Shown one piece after another: positions 1 through 7,061 of a stretch of 64,000 nt of DNA. The stretch is from Candidatus Parcubacteria bacterium (lineage in GTDB: Bacteria; Patescibacteriota; Patescibacteriia; Buchananbacterales; SURF-54). A model generated the notes under the pieces. That model was not told the origin of the DNA and ran no database searches. It saw only the letters and a program-made list of their open reading frames with translations. Location: the NCBI GenBank assembly GCA_003599635.1, contig QZIX01000009.1, forward strand, positions 407 to 64,406. Direction: 5' to 3'. Position numbers and translations under genes: made by a program. Position 1 is the stretch's first letter. The number at the start of each line of letters is the position of its first letter.

Positions 1-1
1 T

Positions 2-1306
2 GTTTTATCAGTTCCTGACGAAGAGCAAAATTTCATTCTTTATCTGCCCCTGAAGGGTAGGATATTGAAAGTCAATTCCGGTGTCATTAACTTGCTTAAG
101 GATTTTGAAGAAACGGGTCAATTTCCTGAAAGTGAAATCAAACAAAAATTATTGGAGAAAGGAGTGCTAGTAGTTGAGCCAGAATCTGACCCGTGTGCTG
201 ATCATGAAATAACAACCGAGCATAAACCAACCTCTGTAACGTTATTCCCTACCAGCGACTGCAATTTGCGCTGTATTTACTGCTATGGATGTGGTGGTGA
301 GACCAGCTTTTACCTTGGTTGGCAAGTGGCTAAGGCAGCGATTGATTTAATTATCGCCAATGCCTTAGAAATCGGACTTGATAAAGTTTCAGTCAATTTC
401 CATGGTGGCGGTGAACCGTTCTACGGTAAGGCCTGGCTTTTGATGCAGCAGACAGTGGATTACACTAGACGAATGGCAGAAAAAAACCATTTGAAATGGT
501 CTGCCGCAGCCGCCACTAACGGTATATTATCGCAGGAGAAAAGGGAATGGATTATAAATAATCTTAAGCGCGTGAACCTTTCTCTCGATGGTCCAAAAGA
601 AATTCAGAACAAACAGCGTCCTTTGCGAAACGGCGGACCGACTTTTGAACAAGTAACAGAAACCATAAGGTTTTTTGAGGCGAATAAATATGAGTATGGT
701 TTAAGAGCTACGGTCACGCGTGAAAGTTGTGAGAGGATGGCCGAGATATACCAATTTATTAGCTCAATTACTAGTCTTAAAAGATTTCACTTAGAGCCTT
801 TGTGGGAAATTGGCCGTAGTCTTACCAACAATCTTAAGGCGCCTGATCCTGATTTGTTTCTTCGTCAAATTTTAAGGGTGATTGAAATGGCGGAAAGAGA
901 AGGAGTAGAGATATATTTTTCTGGCAAAAGATGTAAGGAGCTGGGAGATGTTTTCTGTGGTGCTGCGGGCAAGAATTTTTTTATCACGCCGCAAGGGGAT
1001 GTTACTTCCTGTATTGAGGTGAACCAGATAGCCGATCATAGATCAGCCGTGTTTTTCTATGGCAGGTTTAACCTAGAGACTAATTGTTTTGAGTTTGACT
1101 CAAATAGGTTGCTTAACTTACGTCGCAGGAGGACACAAAATTTGCCACACTGCCAGGACTGCTTTATCAAATATGGTTGCGCTGGTGATTGTCTAGCAAA
1201 GGGTAAAGGGGAGAGCATCTTTGACACTAGTATGAATCCTCGTTGTTTGATAAATCAAGGGGTAAGTTTTCATCAATTGCGAAAAGAAGTGGAGGTGGTA
1301 CAATGA
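2..1306 (+). CDS. radical SAM / SPASM-domain peptide-modifying enzyme (5' end probably cut by window edge)
   Basis: CNLRCIYC is the CX3CX2C radical SAM cluster motif, and GGGEPF is the SAM-binding motif. C-terminal Cys clusters are SPASM-like (CGAAGKNFFITPQGDVTSC; CQDCFIKYGCAGDC). The ORF track starts at TTG 65, but this frame has no stop back to nt 2. Stop TGA 1304-1306 overlaps the next ATG. Confidence 0.85.
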   Translation, partial: VLSVPDEEQNFILYLPLKGRILKVNSGVINLLKDFEETGQFPESEIKQKLLEKGVLVVEPESDPCADHEITTEHKPTSVTLFPTSDCNLRCIYCYGCGGETSFYLGWQVAKAAIDLIIANALEIGLDKVSVNFHGGGEPFYGKAWLLMQQTVDYTRRMAEKNHLKWSAAAATNGILSQEKREWIINNLKRVNLSLDGPKEIQNKQRPLRNGGPTFEQVTETIRFFEANKYEYGLRATVTRESCERMAEIYQFISSITSLKRFHLEPLWEIGRSLTNNLKAPDPDLFLRQILRVIEMAEREGVEIYFSGKRCKELGDVFCGAAGKNFFITPQGDVTSCIEVNQIADHRSAVFFYGRFNLETNCFEFDSNRLLNLRRRRTQNLPHCQDCFIKYGCAGDCLAKGKGESIFDTSMNPRCLINQGVSFHQLRKEVEVVQ

Positions 1307-1701
1307 ATAATTTTAGGCTCAAAAACATCAAAAGGCCAACAATGCCTGAACAGCCAGCCATACTGGTAGATAAGAGTTTTAAGGCAGAAGATAAACCACC
1401 GCAGGATGCAACTTTCAAATTTCTTTTTTGCAAATGTGATGACCATCGTTACTGTGCTTGTGAAAGTCATAGACACACGCCGTTTACTGGTTGTTCGAGC
1501 GATTGTAGTCATCACGGTTGGTCGTGTGATTGTGATAAGGAATGCCATTGCGACGGTCAGTGCCAGTGTGAGAACTATTGCTCTTGTGATTCTCAATGCA
1601 AACATTGTCGATGTGTATCTGATTGTCGATGTGAAAGTTATGGTGGATGTGGTGGGTATGAGCCGGGATGTAATTGCAATGTGATTAATGTAGATTACTA
1701 A
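1303..1701 (+). CDS. Cys-rich putative RiPP precursor peptide (132 aa)
   Basis: ATG 1303 overlaps the maturase stop (ATGA), with GGAGGTGG at 1291-1298. It is in the same frame as track ORF 1243..1701. The N-terminal 42 aa lack Cys. There are then 22 Cys between aa 43 and 125, including nine CxC doublets. Confidence 0.6.
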   Translation: MNNFRLKNIKRPTMPEQPAILVDKSFKAEDKPPQDATFKFLFCKCDDHRYCACESHRHTPFTGCSSDCSHHGWSCDCDKECHCDGQCQCENYCSCDSQCKHCRCVSDCRCESYGGCGGYEPGCNCNVINVDY

Positions 1702-1820
1702 AGCATTACGAACACCCCTTATACTTTACTCATCATGAATATTTACGCTGGTTCATCGTTTCGGTGACCCAGCTTTTTTCTATGGTATAAATATTACGCT
1801 ACAAAAATTTGATAAAGTCA

Positions 1821-1859
1821 AAATGAGACACTAAAGCACCCTTTTATAGTGTCTCATTT
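1821..1859 (+). terminator. hairpin with 13-bp perfect stem downstream of precursor gene (possible terminator)
   Basis: aaatgagacacta (1821-1833) pairs with tagtgtctcattt (1847-1859) around a 13-nt loop. The right arm gtctcattt is repeated directly at 1860-1868. The large loop and weak T tail lower confidence. Confidence 0.35.
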
Positions 1860-2132
1860 GTCTCATTTACATTCTCAAATAGGTGATCCGCCTACGGTCG
1901 CCTTAGGCAACCTTTGGCGAGATTAGACCCACCCCCTTCAAAATCCATTTTTTTAAACCCTCACTTTTTTTATTTTATCTATAAAAATTTTAGCCTTTGC
2001 ATTAATCTTATGGGCATCATTTTGGCGGTCATTTTTTTAAATCCATTTCTCAGGTGTATTTGGACGAAGAATAGAAAGGTTAAGGATTATTAAGCGCGAT
2101 TTTTTGTGAATTAAGCTAAGAATTACAAAAAC

Positions 2133-2161
2133 TTGACAAAGCTTTATTTTGGGTATATATT
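2133..2161 (+). promoter_or_regulatory. sigma70-like promoter candidate
   Basis: TTGACA at 2133-2138, a 17-nt spacer, then TATATT at 2156-2161. It lies about 44 nt upstream of ATG 2205. Confidence 0.4.
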
Positions 2162-2204
2162 CATAATATCAAAGGTCGTTTATTTATTATTAACATAAAA
2201 CTAT

Positions 2205-2450
2205 ATGCCAAGATATAATGGAACCGGCCCGATGGGCCAAGGCCCTGGCACAGGTTGGGGTATGGGTCCTTGTTATATAAGACAAGGCGTTAGAAATCGG
2301 ACGGGTTTTGGGTTTAAAAGGGTAATTGGGAATTTAAGGCAGCCGAGTCAAGCGGAAGAAAAAGAAAACGCCAAGGCTTATATAGAAGATTTAAAAGCAG
2401 AAATTGAAGAAACACAAAAATACTTAAAAGGTTTAGGCAGTGAAAACTAG
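2205..2450 (+). CDS. DUF5320-like small protein
   Basis: The N-terminus MPRYNGTGPMGQGPGTGWGMGPC is rich in Gly, Pro and Met. The C-terminus is a coiled coil (EDLKAEIEETQKYLKGL). Both features fit my recollection of DUF5320. Confidence 0.7.
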   Translation: MPRYNGTGPMGQGPGTGWGMGPCYIRQGVRNRTGFGFKRVIGNLRQPSQAEEKENAKAYIEDLKAEIEETQKYLKGLGSEN

Positions 2451-2455
2451 CGCAA

Positions 2456-2479
2456 AAGGCCCGGCAAAAACCGGGCCTT
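2456..2479 (+). terminator. GC-rich hairpin between DUF5320 and DUF134 genes (terminator or attenuator)
   Basis: aaggcccgg (2456-2464) pairs with ccgggcctt (2471-2479) around a 6-nt loop, directly after the stop at 2448-2450. The tail is only moderately T-rich. Confidence 0.5.
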
Positions 2480-2516
2480 ATGTTTAATTTAAAATTAAGG
2501 TTAAATCAACAGAATT

Positions 2517-2804
2517 ATGCCAAGACCAAGACTTTGCAGAAAAATAAGGTTTAATCCGAATGTGACTTATTTTAAACCGCAGGGAGTGCCGATGCGCTTT
2601 TTGGAAGTGGTTAATCTGACTGCGGAAGAAGTGGAAGCTTTAAGGTTAAAAAATATCAAAAATTTCGAACAAACGGAAGCCGCAGAAAAGATGAACACAT
2701 CCCAGAGCACTTTCCAAAGGATATTGTCTTCAGCTTACAGAAAAATAGCCGATGCATTAATTAACGGCAAGGCAATTGAAATAATTCGAACAACTGAAGA
2801 ATAA
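2517..2804 (+). CDS. DUF134 (UPF0251) family predicted DNA-binding protein
   Basis: The N-terminus MPRPRLCRKIRFNPNVTYFKPQG, followed by a sigma-70 region-4-like HTH (EQTEAAEKMNTSQSTFQRILSSAYRKIADAL), is typical of DUF134. Confidence 0.8.
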   Translation: MPRPRLCRKIRFNPNVTYFKPQGVPMRFLEVVNLTAEEVEALRLKNIKNFEQTEAAEKMNTSQSTFQRILSSAYRKIADALINGKAIEIIRTTEE

Positions 2805-2869
2805 ATAGCATAATTATAATTCTCAATTAAGATAACAAAGCAGCGGCGTCAGATGAAATACCGGTAACA

Positions 2870-3955
2870 TTAAGATTTTTTAAATAATGATTTCGCATTG
2901 ACTTTTTTTATTGCTATCAGATTTTTTCTGTTTCCGTTGATTATTTTTTGGTAGATTTTTTCGTATTCATCGGCCATTTTTTTGGCCGAAAAATTTTTCA
3001 GGACGTATTGGCGGCATTTCAATCTGTCGATTTTATCCACTTTTAAAACGGCATCGACCATTTCCACAATATCGGAAACCACAAAGCCTGTTTTTCCGTT
3101 TTTTACAATTTCGGGAATTGACCCCTTGTTGAAGGCAATAACCGGGCAGCCGCAAGCCATGGCTTCAATCATTACCAAACCAAACGGTTCCTGCCAGTTA
3201 GCGGGATGCAAAAAACACATTGCCCGCGACATCAGCTGGTTTCTTTTTTGTTCGTCGACTTCGCCTATCCATTTTATTTTGTTTGACAGATACGGTTTTA
3301 CATATTTTAAAAAATAGGGCATATCGCACTCTTCCAATTTCGCGCCTATGATAAGTTTTAGATTCAGATGCATGGCTGTTTCAATGGCGAAATGTATGCC
3401 TTTATCCATGCAGATTCTTCCGATAAAAAGCAGATAACCTTCATGTTTTTTGGAAAAGGGAAAATCTTCAAGGTTCAATCCATTGTATACGGTTCCGATA
3501 TGGTTTAAGCCGTAAGCGTATTTGCCCTGGGATTTTGAAATCGTAACCAGGTGGGGTTTTTTCAGATTAAAAAATATTCTTTTTATCTCAGGAGTGAAAG
3601 GACCGTGAGCCGTTACGACGACGGGAGTTTTCGAAAGGTTTGCCGTCGGTAATGCGATATAACTGTTATGTTCGTGGATAATGTCGAACTCATTTTGCAT
3701 TTTGTAGGCAGAGCCGATATTTAAAAGACATAAAGAATTCATTCCGTATATATCCTTAAAGTGCGCTTCCCTTAAGCTTATCGGATAAACGGACAATAAT
3801 CTGGCCTTGGTTATTGAATCGCCGCTGGCAAATAATGTTAAGCGGTGCCCTTTTTTTATAAGTTCTTCTGTCAATGCAAAAACCACCCGTTCAATGCCGC
3901 CGTATTTTTTAGGCGGAACCCTTTCTATTATGGGCGAAACTTGTGCAATTCGCAT
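2870..3955 (-). CDS. glycosyltransferase family 4 (GT-B fold)
   Basis: The N-terminus has GGIERVV. The C-terminus has the E-x7-E type motif EPFGLVMIEAMACGCPVIA...GKTGF, characteristic of GT4 enzymes. Confidence 0.85.
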   Translation of the reverse strand: MRIAQVSPIIERVPPKKYGGIERVVFALTEELIKKGHRLTLFASGDSITKARLLSVYPISLREAHFKDIYGMNSLCLLNIGSAYKMQNEFDIIHEHNSYIALPTANLSKTPVVVTAHGPFTPEIKRIFFNLKKPHLVTISKSQGKYAYGLNHIGTVYNGLNLEDFPFSKKHEGYLLFIGRICMDKGIHFAIETAMHLNLKLIIGAKLEECDMPYFLKYVKPYLSNKIKWIGEVDEQKRNQLMSRAMCFLHPANWQEPFGLVMIEAMACGCPVIAFNKGSIPEIVKNGKTGFVVSDIVEMVDAVLKVDKIDRLKCRQYVLKNFSAKKMADEYEKIYQKIINGNRKNLIAIKKVNAKSLFKKS

Positions 3956-4051
3956 GATATTTATGACGTCAATTTAATAAAAGAAGATTAGGCGAAAATT
4001 AAGTCGGTTTTGGCTAAAAATTAATCCTGCGTTAATTTATACTGCGCATAC

Positions 4052-4825
4052 TTGAAATATATGTATGACAAAGAAATCAAACAATTGGAAAAAAATAAGT
4101 TAAAAAAAGAAACTTTCTGGTATAGCGAAACTTTGGCCGCCTCGCTGATATTGTTTGCCAAAAAAAATAAAAAATTCTGCCGTCATTTTCGCCAGCAGAT
4201 AAAACAAATAAATCCCAGAATATTATTTGAAGTACCTATAAAAATGGAAGAAAACATCTGTCTTTTGGTGCCGGAATTTGAAAAATTCGCTTATGCCAGG
4301 GCCGACTGGCTTTTAAATTCACTGGTCAAAAATAATTTGCCAGGGTCTTTTTATGCTTTAAACATGCTTTATTCCTGGGGGAAGCATGAAAATTTTGAAG
4401 TACCAAAGCAGATAGTTGTCGGCGTGCTGGCGCTGGCTATTCCCGGCATTACCCTGGGCCGTTTTACCAAAAGAAGAAAAATGGCAATTATAGTTTCAAA
4501 AAATTATGATGAAATTTCAAATGTTGAAATGTCAAAATACGCGGCACAAGCAAGCCTGGGTATATTGTCAAAAGCATTTGATCTTGCCGGCGGATTTTTA
4601 TCGGAAATCGAACCGGAGGTGGCAGATTGGTTTTTTATGGGACGAGAACTCTCTTTTTATTCCGCCAGTAATGTTGTGGTAAGGGACATTGCCTATGAAG
4701 TTTCCAGATTGGGTGCGGCCAATTATCTGGTGGAAGCGGAAGATTTCCGTTTTTTGGCTGTTACACCGGTTTTGAATAATTTTGTTCTTGAGTCCAAATG
4801 GAAATTAAGGAATTTAAACATATAA
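4052..4825 (+). CDS. hypothetical protein
   Basis: Long ORF with no motif I recognise. The TTG start at 4052 is uncertain, and ATG 4061 is an alternative. Confidence 0.45.
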   Translation: MKYMYDKEIKQLEKNKLKKETFWYSETLAASLILFAKKNKKFCRHFRQQIKQINPRILFEVPIKMEENICLLVPEFEKFAYARADWLLNSLVKNNLPGSFYALNMLYSWGKHENFEVPKQIVVGVLALAIPGITLGRFTKRRKMAIIVSKNYDEISNVEMSKYAAQASLGILSKAFDLAGGFLSEIEPEVADWFFMGRELSFYSASNVVVRDIAYEVSRLGAANYLVEAEDFRFLAVTPVLNNFVLESKWKLRNLNI

Positions 4826-5045
4826 CATAACTGCAAAAACAAAAGTAGCTGGCAACGTTAGGGAAATAAGACGCTGGGCTGAAGAAAGAAACGGCCATCC
4901 GGCTGTAATTAAAAGTCAGGAAAGAATAACCTGGACATAATTTATGAAAATTTTTCAGAGAAATAATCTGGAATTTTTGTATCAGGAAAAAACTGCGGAA
5001 GGGGAAACAAGCCGTTTTTTTAAATTCGTTTCTAAGAAAAAATAA
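4818..5045 (+). pseudogene. decayed small conserved-hypothetical gene (no start codon, in-frame TAA)
   Basis: The frame reads TKVAGNVREIRRWAEERNGHPAVIKSQERITWT, then TAA at 4938-4940, then FMKIFQRNNLEFLYQEKTAEGETSRFFKFVSKKK. There is no ATG/GTG/TTG after the upstream stop at 4815-4817. It resembles, from memory, a widespread small family with WAEERGG.PA and LAFLYQ..T..GE.SRF motifs. Confidence 0.4.
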
Positions 5046-5072
5046 TATGCGGCAAAATCAAAAAAGCAGCAG

Positions 5073-5231
5073 ATGGCAGCCGGCGCCGCCTTGTCCGTCA
5101 AAAGAGGCAAAAAAGGGAAATCTTTTTTGCGAGGAGCGTCAAAAAGCATGTATGAATCAATGAGTGAAAATCAATTAAGGGAAATGGCGAAAACAAAAAG
5201 ACGCGGCAAACCTAAAAGAATTAAAAGATAA
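5073..5231 (+). CDS. small basic protein, DUF3008-like (52 aa, below ORF-track cutoff)
   Basis: Translates to MAAGAALSVKRGKKGKSFLRGASKSMYESMSENQLREMAKTKRRGKPKRIKR. The AAGAAL..KRG and GASKSM.ESMSE..L.E.A motifs match my memory of DUF3008. Confidence 0.5.
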   Translation: MAAGAALSVKRGKKGKSFLRGASKSMYESMSENQLREMAKTKRRGKPKRIKR

Positions 5232-5234
5232 ACA

Positions 5235-5264
5235 TTGACTCGAAGCGACCTTTCATTTTATAAT
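5235..5264 (+). promoter_or_regulatory. sigma70-like promoter candidate
   Basis: TTGACT at 5235-5240, an 18-nt spacer, then TATAAT at 5259-5264. It lies 23 nt upstream of ATG 5287. Confidence 0.45.
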
Positions 5265-5286
5265 TACGGGCGTTTAATGTTATAAA

Positions 5287-6369
5287 ATGGGTGAAAGAGT
5301 CAAAAATTTTATTTCCAGATACGATAGTTATCTGACCCCGATTGCGCTTTTGGCGGGTTTTGTCTGGGACAATCTGACTTTGCGGCGCATTGATTTGTTG
5401 TTTGAAAACATGTCAATTTTAATTTATCTGGCAATTGCTTTTTTTGGCATATTCATAACCAATGCCAGCCAGGCGGGAAAATTCAAAAACAGATTTTTTT
5501 TAAAAATTAATACCTGGGTGCCTTTTCTTTTGCAATTTGCTTTCGGCGGCTTGTTTTCCGCGTTCATTATTTTTTATTCGCGCAGCGGATCCATTTACAC
5601 CAGTTGGCCGTTTATTTTGACGCTGGCTTTTTTGTTTATCGGCAATGAATTGTTTAAAAAAAAATATCAGCGCCTGACTTTTCAGTTAAGCGTTTTTTTT
5701 ATGGCGCTTTTTTCTTATTCAGTTTTTGCCGTTCCGATTTTGCTTAACAAAATAGGGCAGGAGATTTTTTTACTCAGCGGAGCTGTCAGCATAGTGATGT
5801 TTGTCTTTCTGATTTTTATTTTATACAAATTGATTCCGCAAAAAATAAACGAAAGCAAAAAGTCCATTATCATAAGCGTTGCCGTTATATATATAATGTT
5901 TAACGTTTTGTATTTTTTAAGGATAATTCCTCCGATACCGTTGTCAATAAAAGAAAGCGGCGTTTACCATAGCGTTGTCCGCAAAGATTCGGTTTACGAA
6001 ATAAAATATGAAAAACCCGAATGGTATCTGTTTTTTAAAAACTATGACGAAAAATATCACTGGCAGAAAGGCAGCCCGGTTTATAATTTTACCGCTGTTT
6101 TTTCACCGGGGGGAATCAACACGAAAATTTTTCATCGCTGGTATTTTTTTGACGAAAAAAATAAAAATTGGATTCTTAAAGACACTTTAGGATTTCCTAT
6201 TGTCGGCGGCAGGGACGGCGGTTATCGCGGCTATTCCGTCAAATACCAGCTGCAGCCGGGGAAATGGAGAGTTGATACTATGTTGGAGAACGGCCAGGTT
6301 TTAGGCCGGAACAGTTTTATTCTTATAGAATCAGAAAAAACGCCCCGGCTGTATACAGAAATAAAGTAA
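5287..6369 (+). CDS. multi-pass membrane protein with C-terminal DUF2914-like domain
   Basis: About six hydrophobic segments are followed by IFHRWYFFDEKNKNWILKDTLGFPIVGGRDGGYRGYSVKYQLQPGKWRVDTMLENGQVLG. This fits my recollection of DUF2914. Confidence 0.65.
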   Translation: MGERVKNFISRYDSYLTPIALLAGFVWDNLTLRRIDLLFENMSILIYLAIAFFGIFITNASQAGKFKNRFFLKINTWVPFLLQFAFGGLFSAFIIFYSRSGSIYTSWPFILTLAFLFIGNELFKKKYQRLTFQLSVFFMALFSYSVFAVPILLNKIGQEIFLLSGAVSIVMFVFLIFILYKLIPQKINESKKSIIISVAVIYIMFNVLYFLRIIPPIPLSIKESGVYHSVVRKDSVYEIKYEKPEWYLFFKNYDEKYHWQKGSPVYNFTAVFSPGGINTKIFHRWYFFDEKNKNWILKDTLGFPIVGGRDGGYRGYSVKYQLQPGKWRVDTMLENGQVLGRNSFILIESEKTPRLYTEIK

Positions 6370-6546
6370 AATGATTGACTTTTACGCATATTAATGACAA
6401 AATTTGGTTATGGATGTCAAAATAAATAAGATAATTGAGGCGGCGCATGCCGGAGGAGAAGTATTAAACATCAGACAAGAATAGCGTTTTTTTAATCAGC
6501 AACTGGACTAAAATACATAATAAAATTCTAACCAGAATAAAAAAAC

Positions 6547-6840
6547 ATGCCAGAGGAAAATGTAAAATCTCTGCCGATTAATGTTAATCCGGCAATGCTC
6601 GGCCTTACGGGAGTGAATATCGGTTTTACCGAAGAAGAGTTTAGAATGCTTCTGATAGTGGGAAACCAGGCGGCGCAGTATTTATGTTCGCCAAAACACG
6701 CCAAAAGGATAATGCTGCTCTTCCAAAAAGTTGTCGCTGATTACGAAAAAAAATTCGGTGAATTGAAAACCAAATTACCTGAAGGAGCGCAGACTGTCAA
6801 ACAGGATGTGGGTTTTGATGTTAATCGCAGCAAAGAGTAA
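6547..6840 (+). CDS. DUF3467-like small protein
   Basis: EEFRMLLIVGNQ....SPKHAKRIMLLFQKVVADYEKKFGEL resembles the DUF3467 pattern (sp.hak.l...L...i..YE..fG). Confidence 0.5.
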   Translation: MPEENVKSLPINVNPAMLGLTGVNIGFTEEEFRMLLIVGNQAAQYLCSPKHAKRIMLLFQKVVADYEKKFGELKTKLPEGAQTVKQDVGFDVNRSKE

Positions 6841-6847
6841 AGCAGAT

Positions 6848-6876
6848 TTGACTTTTTTTAAAATTCGTATTATTAT
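6848..6876 (+). promoter_or_regulatory. sigma70-like promoter candidate upstream of typA leader
   Basis: TTGACT at 6848-6853, a 17-nt spacer, then TATTAT at 6871-6876. It would give a leader of roughly 180 nt before typA. Confidence 0.35.
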
Positions 6877-6985
6877 GTAAGAAACACTTACTGCTTTTTG
6901 GCAGGAGTATTTTTTTAGAGTTGTGTACAGTTGGCGTCAGTTTTTAGTTTGAAAGAAAGCCTGATTGTTTTAAAAGCAGAAAAAT

Positions 6986-7041
6986 GTCAAATTTCAAATC
7001 TCAAGTACAAAATCCAAACTCCAAATGCCAAATTTTAAATT
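6986..7041 (+). repeat. eight tandem heptamers of NNCAAAT type
   Basis: The units read gtcaaat ttcaaat ctcaagt acaaaat ccaaact ccaaatg ccaaatt ttaaatt. The strict 7-nt register ends 20 nt before the typA ATG. Confidence 0.7.
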
Positions 7042-7061
7042 TTTTTAATTCTTAAATCAAA

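Noticed and set aside
1227-1684. Three overlapping ORFs (1227..1433 -, 1273..1605 -, 1406..1684 +) across the Cys-rich gene
   Set aside because: They are frame or strand shadows of the periodic TGT/TGC-rich coding sequence. They have no Shine-Dalgarno, and the + frame starting at 1303 has SD, coupling and a coherent leader-core structure.
2982-3317. 111-aa ORF antisense to the glycosyltransferase gene
   Set aside because: It lies entirely inside a well-supported GT4 CDS on the opposite strand and has no motifs.
6410-6484. 24-aa ORF MDVKINKIIEAAHAGGEVLNIRQE resembling the N-terminus of inositol monophosphatase-family proteins
   Set aside because: It is too short, and the similarity is too generic to call a gene or pseudogene. 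It may be a remnant, but I cannot support that.
6986-7041. Considered whether the tandem repeats (here, 18162-18230, 54853-54895, 25743-25950) could be CRISPR arrays
   Set aside because: The units are 7, 14-15 or 117 bp with no unique spacers of uniform length between them, and no cas genes are nearby.
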